Shown in pieces: positions 15,726 through 28,359 of a stretch of DNA of 64,000 nucleotides; positions within the stretch are counted from its first letter, which is position 1, and each line of letters opens with the position of its first letter. Source of the stretch: the human T2T-CHM13v2.0 reference genome, Homo sapiens. Where the stretch lies: assembly GCF_009914755.1 (NCBI RefSeq), contig NC_060931.1; one strand, written 5' to 3'. The position numbers and the translations under genes were made by a program. Under the pieces are notes generated by a model. The model ran no database searches and was not told the DNA's origin. It was given only the letters and a program-made list of their open reading frames with translations.

Positions 15726-18129
15726 TGAAATGCACTTCTTACATGGCAGCAGCAAGCAAAAATGAGAAAGAAGCCAAAGTGGAAACCCCTGATAAACCCA
15801 TCAGATCTGGTGAGACTTATTCACAATCAAGAGAATAACACAGAAAAGACCATCCCCCATGATTCAATTACCTCCCCCTGGGTCCCTCCCACAACATGTG
15901 GGAATTCTGGGAGCTACAATTCAAGTTGAGATTTGGGTGGGGGCACAGCCAAACCATACCATTCCCTATCTCAGAATTGAGGTATTGAGGTATTCTTGTG
16001 ACCTGTCTTTTGTCTCATCTGAGCCCCTGTACACCTGCACTCTGACCCCAGTTGCTCTAGCTCTGGCTATGTTTTCTTTCATATTTGGATCTAAGTGGTA
16101 GCATCACTTTTTAGCTTCCTACAAATTCCTTTGATCATTGGACTTTAGATAGGTTCATGTTTGTTGGACTTCCCTTCATTGTCTGTTCCATTCCTAGCTG
16201 GATCAAAATGGAAGATTCAGAAACCTGGACCAACTCACTTCACTGTACCCAGTTCAGTTGGATCCTTTCCCCTGAAGTGATTTTTTTTCAATGTTCACTG
16301 CTCACAGCTGAGTAACTCCTGGACACAAACCTTGTTTCAACGGATAGGTCTGTCTGGTCCTTTCCATCGTGGTCTATTTTTCTGTGTACTCACTCCAATT
16401 AGGATAAATGATAATTTTCCAGAAAATTTGTCAGGTACATTAATGCCTTCCGTTATGTAATCTAGCACTAGAAATTCACCACATAGAAAGAATAAAATAT
16501 TCAGCGCCATTTCATCATGCCTATTGGTTTCCCCATAGTGCCATTTTATCCTAAAGCACCCTTATAAAAACTTATGGTCATGTGAAACACTTCCTTGTCC
16601 CAGCAAAGAAAAAGCCTAAATGACTTACTGTATAGTGTTTTATCAAGCTAATTTCTTTAGTCTCCTGAAGATACAGCACTAGCTTTAAATTATAGCCTTA
16701 ATATAATTCCCACAATATGCTCATTAAATGTCTGGCTTATTGTTTGTGGTTATACCATTAAACATAGCATCCCTAGTTGTATCTTCCTAAAATCAAAGAA
16801 GCTAAATAGTTCCAAAACGTGAATGTTGACCAAGTCCTCTATTCTCTGGGCATACACATGTGTCAGAGAAAGCAAAAAGTAGCCACTAAACTAATCACTG
16901 GGCATAGAAGACTGCTTATCCCTTATGTGTTAAAATAACAATCATTTCAGTTACATATCAATTTGAATTTCCAAGACAAGTAATAAGACACCTCACTTTT
17001 CTTATTGTTTTCCAAGACAAACATCTGAGAACTAGCAGGAAAACTGTGTCTCATACATTCATTTGATTTTATATTTTCTATCATGCCAATCGGCATTCAT
17101 CCATGAAGCAAACACCAGATGCCTAATACATATAAGGACAATGCTAAACACCAGTTTTCATATTCAAATAGCAGATCTTGAACCCTAAAACCCAATATTC
17201 TATTTCACCAGTAAAAAAGAAATGCCAAGAGAAATTTTCTTACCTCAGAGTTTGGTGATAGAGCTACGCTTACCTTTCCTATAGCTATTCTGAGGAACGT
17301 AACACACATCAGTGTCATCGTGACTCAGATTCACACAGTAAATCTCACACATGAAAATTCTAAGACATACAAATTCAAATAATCCATCAAAAATTAAGCA
17401 CGAGGGAGCCAAATAAAGGTTCAGATCAATTTGTCTGCATTCTCATTTGTTATTCCTAATTCCTTAATAAGGCATTTTTTATTTGATTATGGAAACCTTA
17501 ATTAATTGTATAGAAAATGCTCAGAGATGATTGAGGAATAAATATAATAGAGGAATAAACTTCATTTTGCCTCCTTGGAACCATTAAAATAAAAAGCAGC
17601 CATTTAGGATATTATCCTCTGATACAGCCAAGAAGAGGTCCCCAAGAGGTAGGTTTAGGGCATTCTCAGGGATTTCTTTCTGTGATTTACTGGGCGGGGG
17701 TGGGTATCACACAGGACCTGACTTCTTTGGTTTTCTCTCTTTGGTCTAATTGCTATACATCTGTTAAATTTGGGGTTTTGTTCAGGCAAAAGTTTTAGCA
17801 GGGAAAGGCTGAAGGAAAGGACTAAAATAAGGATTGAGATGACGAATGTAAGTTTTTCTTTTGCAATGACCACAAATAATAAAGAGGATATTTTAAAGGT
17901 TAATAATTAAAGGCAACTCCACCCCCTTCCCCTTTGGCAGATGAGGAAAATAGGCAGTGAGATGGTGTAGCCTGCAATACTGTGGTTCTGAAGGAATGAG
18001 TGCTAACGTGGCCTCCTCCCTCTTGGAACCAAACCTATATCATTTGGAAAACCTTTATTCATTATGCAGAAGCTAAGAGACACACAATATTCCAGCTGGT
18101 TTCAGAAACTAATGTTAACAGCCACGTCA

Positions 18130-18308
18130 CCTTTTCTCGCTCCCTTCCTCTTTCTCTTTTTCTCTTTATTTTTCTCTTTCTTCTCTTGCTTATTCCTTTC
18201 TTTCCCCTTCCTTCCTTCCAAGTAAGTGAATTTCCAGTTTCCTCTGTTATTCTTAGTTCCCATAGCTTGTTCTTGGAGATATCTTTTTTTTTTTTTTTTT
18301 TTTTTTTT
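18130..18308. repeat. CT-rich low-complexity tract ending in poly(T)
   Basis: Pyrimidine-rich run then T-run 18284-18308. Confidence 0.8.
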
Positions 18309-21300
18309 AATGAGAGCAACCAAACCTTATTGAAGACATTCAAGAATTGGGCTTTTTCCTCCCAATCAACTTGCTTTGGTGCAGTTAAGATGAAAGTAAA
18401 TAAATCCTCTTAGTTGGGCTGTTGCTACTATTCTAGAAAGTCTGCCCTTTGCAGTAATAACCAGGAGACATGGGGTGGAGAGGCAGCATCCAGCTCCTGG
18501 GAAACATGAACTGCCAAGAACAAGACAGCTTTCTATAGCCAACTGAGATCAAATTCCTCAAGCTTCTGGATGGAACCCCATCCTGGATTGGAGGAAGAGG
18601 TCAAGAATATGGCCTGGAATGATTGGCCAGAAATAAGAAGGAACTCTATCATTTCAAGATTATGTGTTTGTGTGTATTGAAGAGAAATAACTTTTATAAG
18701 GGTAAAGAAATTTAAAGAGAAATAAAGTTAAATTCTAGCTAAAGGAAAAAGCATACAAAATCCCAGGATTTATAACTGAAAGTGTTTATCAGACTCTACA
18801 ACTACTCATGAGCTTTTAGTCTTCTTAAAAACCTCCCTAGTAATAAAGAGAAAAACATTTATGAGTGTCGAGTTTCTCTAGCACAGCTGATGCTGGTCTG
18901 CCTGTCTGGAAACACCAAGAGTGGTGACATATGATTTCAATTAGTTTCACAGTTCCACAAAAATACGCTCTCTACAAAATGGAAAAAGAACTAGAATAAG
19001 TACCAATGTCATTAAAGATCCTTTGGTTTATCCTTGGGCATTTTAGTGCATTGTTCCTGATAGACTCCCTGTAACAAGATAATCACATCCCCAAAGTCTC
19101 TACAAGGCCTAACTTGGAACAATACTGACTGACGAACGAATGAATGAATGAACGAATGAATAACATTAGTCACATGACCCAATAGGAAATCAGATGTTGA
19201 ATGGTTGTATTCTGGAGAATCTGTGCTTTCATTTTCTAGGTTCCCAGGCTTTGCCCTGTGGAGACTGGTCATCTCAATCTTATTTGCTTTGTATTCTCAA
19301 AGGAATTTGGTGTAAATTTGTCAGATAACACCTCAAAAACATTTGAAAACAACAGAAACATACATTTCAAAGCACCATGACTCCAAATAACAAAATTAAA
19401 TCAGAAGTTACTTTTATGCCTTTCGGCTGCCACTTCCATGAAGAATAAAACCAGAAAATGTCTTTTTTATACAATCTTTCTGGTTAATTATATAATCACA
19501 CCCTAGAATCCATAAGTAGTTATATACCTAGAAGTTACTGCTTACAAAATATTATTTGCTTCAATTCTATATAGAAATAGTCTTTAAGTGCTGATTTAAA
19601 ATTATAGTTTAATAATTATGTTTAAGTAGAGTTCATAAAGAAAAAATGATTTGTTAACTTGATAATTTAAGTTGGCTGTTATTCACCAGTATTCTTTGTG
19701 AAGGAAAACAGAAAACTGATCTTTGTCAGAATTAAAAGTATTAAGCACATTAGACTGGAAAAGGGCCTTCCCTCCAAAAACCTTTTGAGTATTTACATTA
19801 AAATATTCAGATATCTATGATTTTCTGATCATTATAGTCACACATAATAAAACTCTCAATTCTAACAGGAAGCTTTCAAACATGTGGGAATGAAGCAGCT
19901 GCTGAGTGTATTCATTCTACTTTGTCTTTTTCATAACCATCTAACATTGAAAATAAATGCACAGGTATATTTCTTAGAGTGGCACTCATTCTAAACTCTG
20001 AGGTCTCTGTGGTATGAAAGCATATGAACAGAACTATAATAAGAAATATCTACAATCATACTCAGTGGGAATGGTGCCATGCTACCCAAAGCCAAGGGAG
20101 TTTGTCTGTAGTCATCACCTTGCATATGAATATTTTATAAGACTAGTTGAAGAGTCAGTCATGACTATGAGGGAAAATGTCTGATTTTCCTCCTCTAAAG
20201 GAAGAATTCTAAATCTAGAAAGGAACTTGGGGATCATCTACCACAGTATCCTCATGGATGAGGAAACCAAGACCCAGAGAATTCTATTTCTTTTTTTAAG
20301 GCTTCCAACTATTCAGTTAGTCGAAGTGACCTGGGACTAGCAAAAACAAACACACTTTTAAATTAGACTTATTTCAGAAATGCAATATTTGCCTTAGTAA
20401 ACATCTCATGCTGTATTTAATACTTCGTACAGGAGCTGAGTTTGGGGAAAATGGGACCTGTATCTCCTTCACTGATAATAGACTTTCAAGATCAAATGTA
20501 ACTACTCAGTTTGGCAGGTTCAAATTGGTCTCATAGAATTTTTAAAATATTAGAGCCCAAAGGGCTTTATGGAAAATTTTGTTTATATCCCTAAATTTAT
20601 AATGAGGAAGCTGAAACCTAGAGAGAATAAACAAACTACCCAAAACATGAATAGGACTCATGAATGTGAACATAAGATATGCTGTTTCCACTCTAGAGGC
20701 ACAGATGGTAATTTTTCAAAAGGGCATCAGGGAAGCCCTCATTAAGATGATGACATTTGAAGGAAGACTTGAAGGAGAAAAGACAGTGAACCATGTGGGT
20801 ATTGAGGAAAGAGTTTTCCAGGCAGAGTCATTTTCCAGGAACAGAAAGGAGGCCAGTATGGCTACAGCTGCATGAACCAAGTAGAGAGTAGTTGGAGACA
20901 AAGTTAGAGAGGTAATGGAAGGCCAGATCATGTAGAGCCTTGGTAGCCATTGTAAGGATCGTGGCATTTACTCTGACTGAAATGGAGAGCTACTTGAGGT
21001 TTTGGATCAGAGGAGTGGTATAATATACCTTTATTTTTAAAGGAACAGTCTGGTTGCTATGCTCAGAATAGACTGCAGTAGGGCAAATTTTGAAGCAGAG
21101 AGTACTCGGAGGCTCTTGTAGTAAACCCAGGCAAGGAATAATGAGGGCTCGGACTCGACCAGTAGAATGAAGTGGTAAAAAATGGTCAGATTCTGTGTGC
21201 ATTCTGAAACTCCATGGATTGAGGCTAAGGAAAGGAAAGAGTCAAGAGTAACTTCCAGGGTTTTGACCTGGGCAACTGGAAGGGTGATGTTGTCATTAAC

Positions 21301-21327
21301 TGAGGTAATGAGGGGGATAAGAATGGA

Positions 21328-22330
21328 TCTAGAACTAGAAATACCATTTGACCCAGCAATCCCACTACTTGGTATATACCCAAAGGATTATAAATCATGC
21401 TACTATAAAGACACATGCACACGTATGTTTATTGTGGCACTATTCACAATAGCAAAGACTTGGAACCAATCCAAATGTCCATCAATGATAGACTGGATTA
21501 AGAAAAGGTGGCACATATACACCATGGAATACTATGCAGCCATAAAAAAGGATGAGTTCATGTCCTTTGTAGCGACATGGATGAAGCTAGAAGCCATAAT
21601 TCTGAGCAAACTATCACAAGGACAGAAAACCAAACACTGCATGTTCTCACTTATAGGTGGAAATTGAACAATGAGAACACTTGGACACAGGGTGGGCAAG
21701 ATCACACACTGGGGCCTGTCGTGGGGTGTGGGGAGGGGGAGGGATAGCATTAGGAGAAATACCTAATGTAAATGACGATTTAATAGATGCAGCAAACCAA
21801 CATGGCACATGTATACATATGTAACAAACCTGCACGTTGTGCACATGTACCTTAGAACTTAAAGTATAATTAAAAACGATAATAAATAAATAAGTAAAAA
21901 GAAAATGTGGCACATATACACCATGGAATACTATGCAGCCATAAAAAAGGATGAGTTCATGTCCTTTGCAGGGACATGGATGAAGCTGGAAACCATCATT
22001 CTCAGCAAACTAACACAGGAACGGAAAACAAAACACTGCATATTCTCACTCATAAGTGAGAGTTGAACAATGAGAACACATGGACTAAGGAAGGGGAACA
22101 TCACCCACTAGGGCCTGTCAGGGGGTGGGGGCTAAGGGAGGGATAGCATTAGGAGAAATACCCAATGTAGATGACGGGTTGATGAGTGCAGCAAACCACC
22201 ATGGCATGTGTATACCTATGTAACAAACCTGCATGTTCTGCACATGTATCCCAGAACTTAAAGTATAATAATAATAATAATAAAGAACGAGATCATGTCC
22301 TTTGCAGGGACATAGATGAAAAAAAAAAAA
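21328..22330 (+). mobile_element. Composite 5'-truncated L1 insertion: L1PA5/6-like 3' end + L1PA7-like 3' end + short L1PA8-like piece + poly(A)
   Basis: ORF2p C-terminus (DLELEIPFDPAIPLLGIYPK...MFSLIGGN); two complete 3' UTRs in tandem; single TSD AAGAATGGA (21319-21327 / 22331-22339). Confidence 0.93.
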
Positions 22331-22395
22331 AAGAATGGAGATGAGGAAGGCCAGGCACTCAGTTTAGGATGTCTGAAGTTTGAGCTGTCTATTAC

Positions 22396-22818
22396 TGTAC
22401 TACGCTTTTCTTGCATTGCCATAAAGAAATACCTGAGGCTGGGTAATTTATGAAGAAAAGAGGTTTGATTTGATCACAGTTCCGCAGGCTGTACAGGAAG
22501 CATGGCACCAGGCACCTGCTCAGCTTCTGATGAGGACTTAGGAAGCTTACAATCATGGCGAAAGATAAAGGGAGAGCTGGCACATCAGATGGCAAAATCA
22601 GGAGCAAGGTGGGGGGGAGGTGCCGCATACTTTTAAACCACCAGATCTCTCGAGAACTCACTCACTATCACAAGAATGGCACCAAGCAGATGGTGCTAAA
22701 CCATTCATGAGAAATCCACCCTCATGATCCAACCACCTCCCACCAGGCCCCTCCTACAATACTGGAGATTACAATTCTACATGAGATCTGGGCAGGGACA
22801 AATATACAAACTTTATCG
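22396..22818 (-). mobile_element. MSTA/MSTB MaLR solo LTR
   Basis: MST text; perfect 5-bp TSD ATTAC (22391-22395 / 22819-22823). Confidence 0.92.
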
Positions 22819-22963
22819 ATTACTATACATAAAGTAGATAAGTCAAGTGTGCAAGTCTGGAGTACAGAAGAAAGTCTAGGCCAGACATGCAAATTTGGGA
22901 ATTGTCCATATACATTTGGCGCAAGTGGTATTTGAATCCCTTTTCTTAGGCTAAAGAAATACA

Positions 22964-23315
<352 letters not shown>

Positions 23316-26300
23316 TCAATGTCCACTTAAGAAAATAGTTAACAAAAATATCATGAAATAATAAATCAAACCTTATTAAATTTTAGGTTCACTTTGTCGT
23401 GGGTTTCTTTGGGATTGTAAATGTTAGTAAATATTTTTTTTTCTGGATGAAAATAACAATCAGTCTACAAGATATCATAGAGTTCCCTCCTTATTCTTTA
23501 AACAATTTCTTTGTGAATATACATTAGATTGGCTTTTACTATTATAGTCATTGTATCAAAGATGACCCCATTCTGAATTCTTACATGAAATGATGTTTTA
23601 ATTTGACAACTAATTACAGTTTTCTTCACATCTCATGATCTCAGAAAATCAAGAGACCCAGTCTGGTATATGCAGAGAGACATGAGACCCTGACTGCCTT
23701 ACCAACAGTTGACAAGGTTTGATTTACTATAAGTAACATCTTGCCTTTTTCCCAAGACAGCTATTCAGAAAATACACAAAAGATGTATTTTGTAAGTATA
23801 TAATACCCACTAACAAACAATTTAAAAGTCAATCAAATTAATCATCAAATTTTCCCTATTAAGTACTTTGGGTTATATCTCTATGGTAAAGTCGCTAATG
23901 AAAGTCACATACGCTGCTGTTTCATTTCCCTTGAGAGAGTACATATCAAATTTAATTAGCCCCCTTTAAGTATATTTAAATCTCTTACATCTAGAATATT
24001 TTAAATAAAAGTTCCCACTTAGGTTTATGAATTCTCCACTTAAAAAAAAAAGAAAAGAAAAAGAAGTGGGTCCAATTAATATATATTCCTGGAAGGAACA
24101 TCCCTGTGATGATTTTATTTTAAACTGAGAAAATAATGAATAAGTAGGATGGTGTTGAAGAAGATACTTAGCATGCAAAGAATCTTTGGGAAAGAACTGA
24201 AGTAAGTTAGTTCCACCGCTAGACATCTAAGAGTAAATTACTGTGCTAAAACAGGATTGACTGACTTGGCTTTCTCTGCAAATTCCTTCCTCCCCAACTA
24301 TATACTTAGGATATAGTTAAAGAGATGAGAGATTGTAAAACAATACTAAAGGCAACACAAGTGGAGGCAGCTGCTGGCTTTATTTTGTTTTGGCAGCGTA
24401 GAAAGGTAACTAAAAACAGAAAGACATACCAAAGTGGGAAACAAACAAAATTTACAAAGGCATAAGCCATTCAAATGAACGAAAACACACACTAACAATC
24501 AAAACACTTTATGCAGAGACTATGATCAGTGAATAAACCATCTGTACATGACATGTGTTCCCCTTTTCTATTTTTACTGTAAAAGACTCAACTGTCATGT
24601 CATTCAGTCAAAAAATATTTCTAAGCTCCTCCTCTAACCCTGCATGATGCTAGGCATTGAGAATACAATGGGGAACAAGCTCACGAAGTTTTCAGTTGAA
24701 TAGGAAAGATGCATAATAAAGCAGGCAAGTGAGGTAGGATGAGTGCTTGTAAAGGGAAACCTCAGACATCCCTGCTTTCTGTCACTCTTACTACCACCAC
24801 CTGTCACAACTGGTTCTTTTGCTAGTGTCTGCCATTCTCCCTCTGCTCTGCAATTGCCGCTTGATCATCTAAAGGAGTTCAGAATCCTACTGCGCAAGAA
24901 GGAAAAGGTAAATTTTTTATTTCGTGGCTTGTCATTGCCATGAGTTGCTCATACAAATCCTTAATTAAATTCATTCCATGTGTACCTATCTCTTCCTATG
25001 TACAAGCCAAGGAAAGCCCAGAAATAACAAGCCATGTTCTTTGCTCCTATAAAGCTGACCCTCCTAAGAAGAGACAGATATGAACATGAGCCATTCTCAC
25101 ACATATCCATATGATAAAGCATCCAAAGTCATGTATAAATAGCATTGTTTTGAGAGGCCAAGGCTAAGAAGGGAAACAGTCAATACAAATCAAAAGACTA
25201 CCAAATGAATTAATTATATCTGAGATGGAACATAAACAATGCTTAGAATTTCATCAGGCAGAAAAACAAATAAAGGAGAATCCAATCTATGGAGAAAAAG
25301 ATAGCCAAACTCACAAATATAGAAAAGTAGAGTGAGATGAAGAGACAACAAATGGCCGAGAAGAACTGGAGCACGGAAGGAACACTTCACTTTGTCCGAG
25401 CTGTGTTTGTATTCACTTGTGTGTCAGCGAGTGCTTTTGGTGCATTTCTTGCATACAGACACCCCATTCCTTACCCAAAAGTATTTAAGTTGCAAAGTGC
25501 CAGCCATGGACTTAGAAAATCTAAGATCCAATCCCAGTGACTGTGTGATCATTAGTAAGTCATGTTATCTTTCTGATTTCCTCTTCTTTCTGTAAAGACA
25601 ATCATATCTTACAGAAGAGTCCGAATGTGTAATAATATAATGCCTTTGGAAATATACCATACAGTAAAGGTTGTGGAAATGCTTACAATCTTCCCTGGGA
25701 CTTAATAGGTGCTCATGAAAGGTTTTGTTGTTTCATAAGTCAGTGCAACTACAGCCACAAATCTTTATTTAATTTCAAGTTACCAGTTTCACTTGACAGT
25801 ATCACCAGAGATCACTCTGTCACAGCAAAATAGAACCCACCATTATTCTTCTAAACAGATTTAGTCTTCACAAAGTAATGACACAGATATCAACATGATC
25901 TGTAATGCTTAACCATATTTTAATTTTTGGTTTGAGATTTCTGCTAAGGAAAGATGCTGTATCGCTTTTATTAAAAAAATCACAGCATCTAACATGGCTG
26001 TTATCGCTTTCTACAGGAATATTACAGTTTATGAAAGTTCAGGCTAGCACTATAAATTCCTAAAATTAAGGAGGATAAAAAGAAAGTGCAGAGAGGATAA
26101 AGGAATAGTTAAGAGGTGATGCGATTTCATTTCCTCTCCATGTCTGGAGGACATCTGGAAAATGCACAAGAAGTTCAAGAATTGAGATAAGAGATTTACT
26201 GTTTTAAATTCATATATAAACATAAACTTAAAATATAGGTTTAATAAAGACTCTATTACTTAAATCTCCAATTAAAAAGTTTGGGGTTTTATTTTTGCCT

Positions 26301-26764
26301 GGAGTGCCATTTTAGTATATACAACATCAGAAATAAACAACCACTTTAAGTGTTACACAATAGAATGTTTTTGTAAACTTCTGTTATTGTGAAGTGTAAA
26401 CCAATCTTTTTTGAAACTCAAATTCAAATTGCATTTCAATTTCATGTAATTCTAGTGCTCCCTTCCTTCTACAGTGGCAAGCATACATTATTAAAATGTA
26501 TTTAATTTTTTAAATTGAGTATTCCATTGGAAAGAAAGGCCTAAATCTTGAAATACATGGTATTTAGTGTGTATAGTGCTATCAAAAAAACTGAACTAAT
26601 ACTACTTGGTATGAGCAAATAAAAGAATCACCTTCAAAACTGACTGAGCTCCTCAAGTATGATGTAAGGACAATCTTTGTCACTGGACTTGTGGTGAAAT
26701 CTGATATGATGTATGAGAAATCCAGGTGGAGTCCATGGTGTTTGCACATTAGGTAGAAGGCAGT

Positions 26765-26890
26765 AAGATGTCACGGAAAGAGCAGTGGTTTGGAAGATGG
26801 CGAATCCCTGCCCTCTTCTCAGTTCATGTGAACTTGAGTAAGTCATTGAACTTTTCAGGACCTTGTTTTCCTCATTGATAAAATGAAAAG
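26765..26890 (+). mobile_element. MIR fragment
   Basis: TGTGAACTTGAGTAAGTCATTGAAC..TTTTCCTCATTGATAAAATG core. Confidence 0.65.
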
Positions 26891-27566
26891 CTGGCCCTGG
26901 ACAGGGTTCTAAAACACATATGCACAAAGAAAAAAAAATCATTCTAATCATCATTTACTTTCCAGTTACAAATAGGAGGAGCTCCACAGCAAATTCCCAC
27001 AGAAAGTTCCCGAAACAAAATTAGAAAAAAAATCACATCATTAGAATTACAAATCCTCTTTCCCTCAACTTTTCTCTCCTTTGCACCCCGTAATTTGTAT
27101 GGGGGTGGCATAGAGGGAGGATAGAATGGAGGTGAATTGTTGGAATGAGGCTCTGAGAGGATCCTGAAATATTTTAGAAAGGAGTAAAGCTATTTGGTTT
27201 GGTTCCTGTTTGGTTCCAAGTATGTCCCCAATAGTCAGCCTTTAATGTCTCACTCTGTAGCAGCTGTGTCAGATGGGAGCATGCCTCTCTCTTAGATTGA
27301 ATATAGTTCTTAAATTGTCTCCACGGTGAGTTTTTCCTGCCTTCATAATTGTCTGAACACTTAGTATATACTGATGTTATTGTAGGATATTTTTAAAGTA
27401 TAAATGTTTCTTCTTAGATAGATTGTAAATCACATTTTGAGAAATACAACACATTATATACTCTTTGTTTTTGCATTTGGGACCCATCTAAAACCTTAGT
27501 TCATAGAGCAAAGCTTTTCTTGCATGTCTTTAATAAATATTTGCTTATTAATTAATAAATTAGTAT

Positions 27567-28115
27567 TGTAGGAGGTTCTATAATAGCTCCCAGTGGGAGT
27601 GATTTCCCACCTACTGATACTCATGCCCTTGTGTTATCCCCTCTCCTCAACCGTGGGCTGGATTTAGTGACAGGAGTCTAATGAACAGTATACAGGAAAA
27701 GTGATGGGATATCACTCCCAAGATTAGGTTACAAAAAATGTGACTTCCATCTTCTTTGACAACAGTCCCTCTTTCTCAGAGCCCTTAATCTAGGGGAAGC
27801 AAATGATTATGTTGTGAGTACCCCTATGGAGAAGCCCACATGCAAGAAATGGATGTCACCAGCCAAGAGCTATCATGAGTGTGCCAACAACCACATGAGT
27901 AACTCTGGAAATGGATCTTCCCCAGGTAAAGCCTTGAAGTGGCTAGAGCCCTAGGCAACACTTTGATTGCTATACTGTGAGAGACTCTGAACCAGAGGAA
28001 CCAGAGAAGCCACCTTCAGATTTATGACTCACAGAAACTGAGATTAGAAATGTTTATTGTTTTAAACCTCCAAATTTTGGGACAAGTTTTTACACAGCAA
28101 TAGATAACTGCAAAG
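27567..28115 (+). mobile_element. MLT1F-like solo LTR
   Basis: GTGGGCTGGATTTAGTGAC, AAGTGATGGGATATCACT..AAGATTAGGTTAC, CACAGAAACTG..AAATGTTTATTGTTTTAA, GCAATAGATAACT end. Confidence 0.8.
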
Positions 28116-28359
28116 CAATGAGAATCTCCAAAGAAAACATTTAGGAATGTAGCATCCAAGGATGTATAAGCTTCTTGTATTGATTTGCCTTGAAGGAATA
28201 TTGAGGAAAAAATCTCTTTCCCTAATCTTCCTTACCACTGCCTCCTACATACATATAAACCTTCAATTAAAATGGGCCACCAAACTGTTCCTGCACTTGT
28301 CAGAATTTTTTGTTGGTTCATAACCATATTCATGCTGTTAAAAGATCAATGTTTGCATC

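Larger units (their letters stand above)
20650..22935 (-). mobile_element. LINE-2 host fragment interrupted by an L1 composite and an MST LTR
   Basis: GGCCAGATCATGTAGAGCCTTGG, TTTTAAAGGA..AGTCTGGTTGCT, CTTCCAGGGTTTTGACCTGGGCAACTGGAAGG; L2 text resumes at 22340 and 22824. Confidence 0.75.

Noticed and set aside
18000-18413. 137-aa Phe/Leu-rich ORF and Lys/Arg-rich antisense ORFs
   Set aside because: Artefacts of the CT-rich/poly(T) low-complexity tract
21500-22270. Tandem L1 3' ends as a simple local duplication or assembly error
   Set aside because: The two copies differ at many subfamily-diagnostic positions and have different tails
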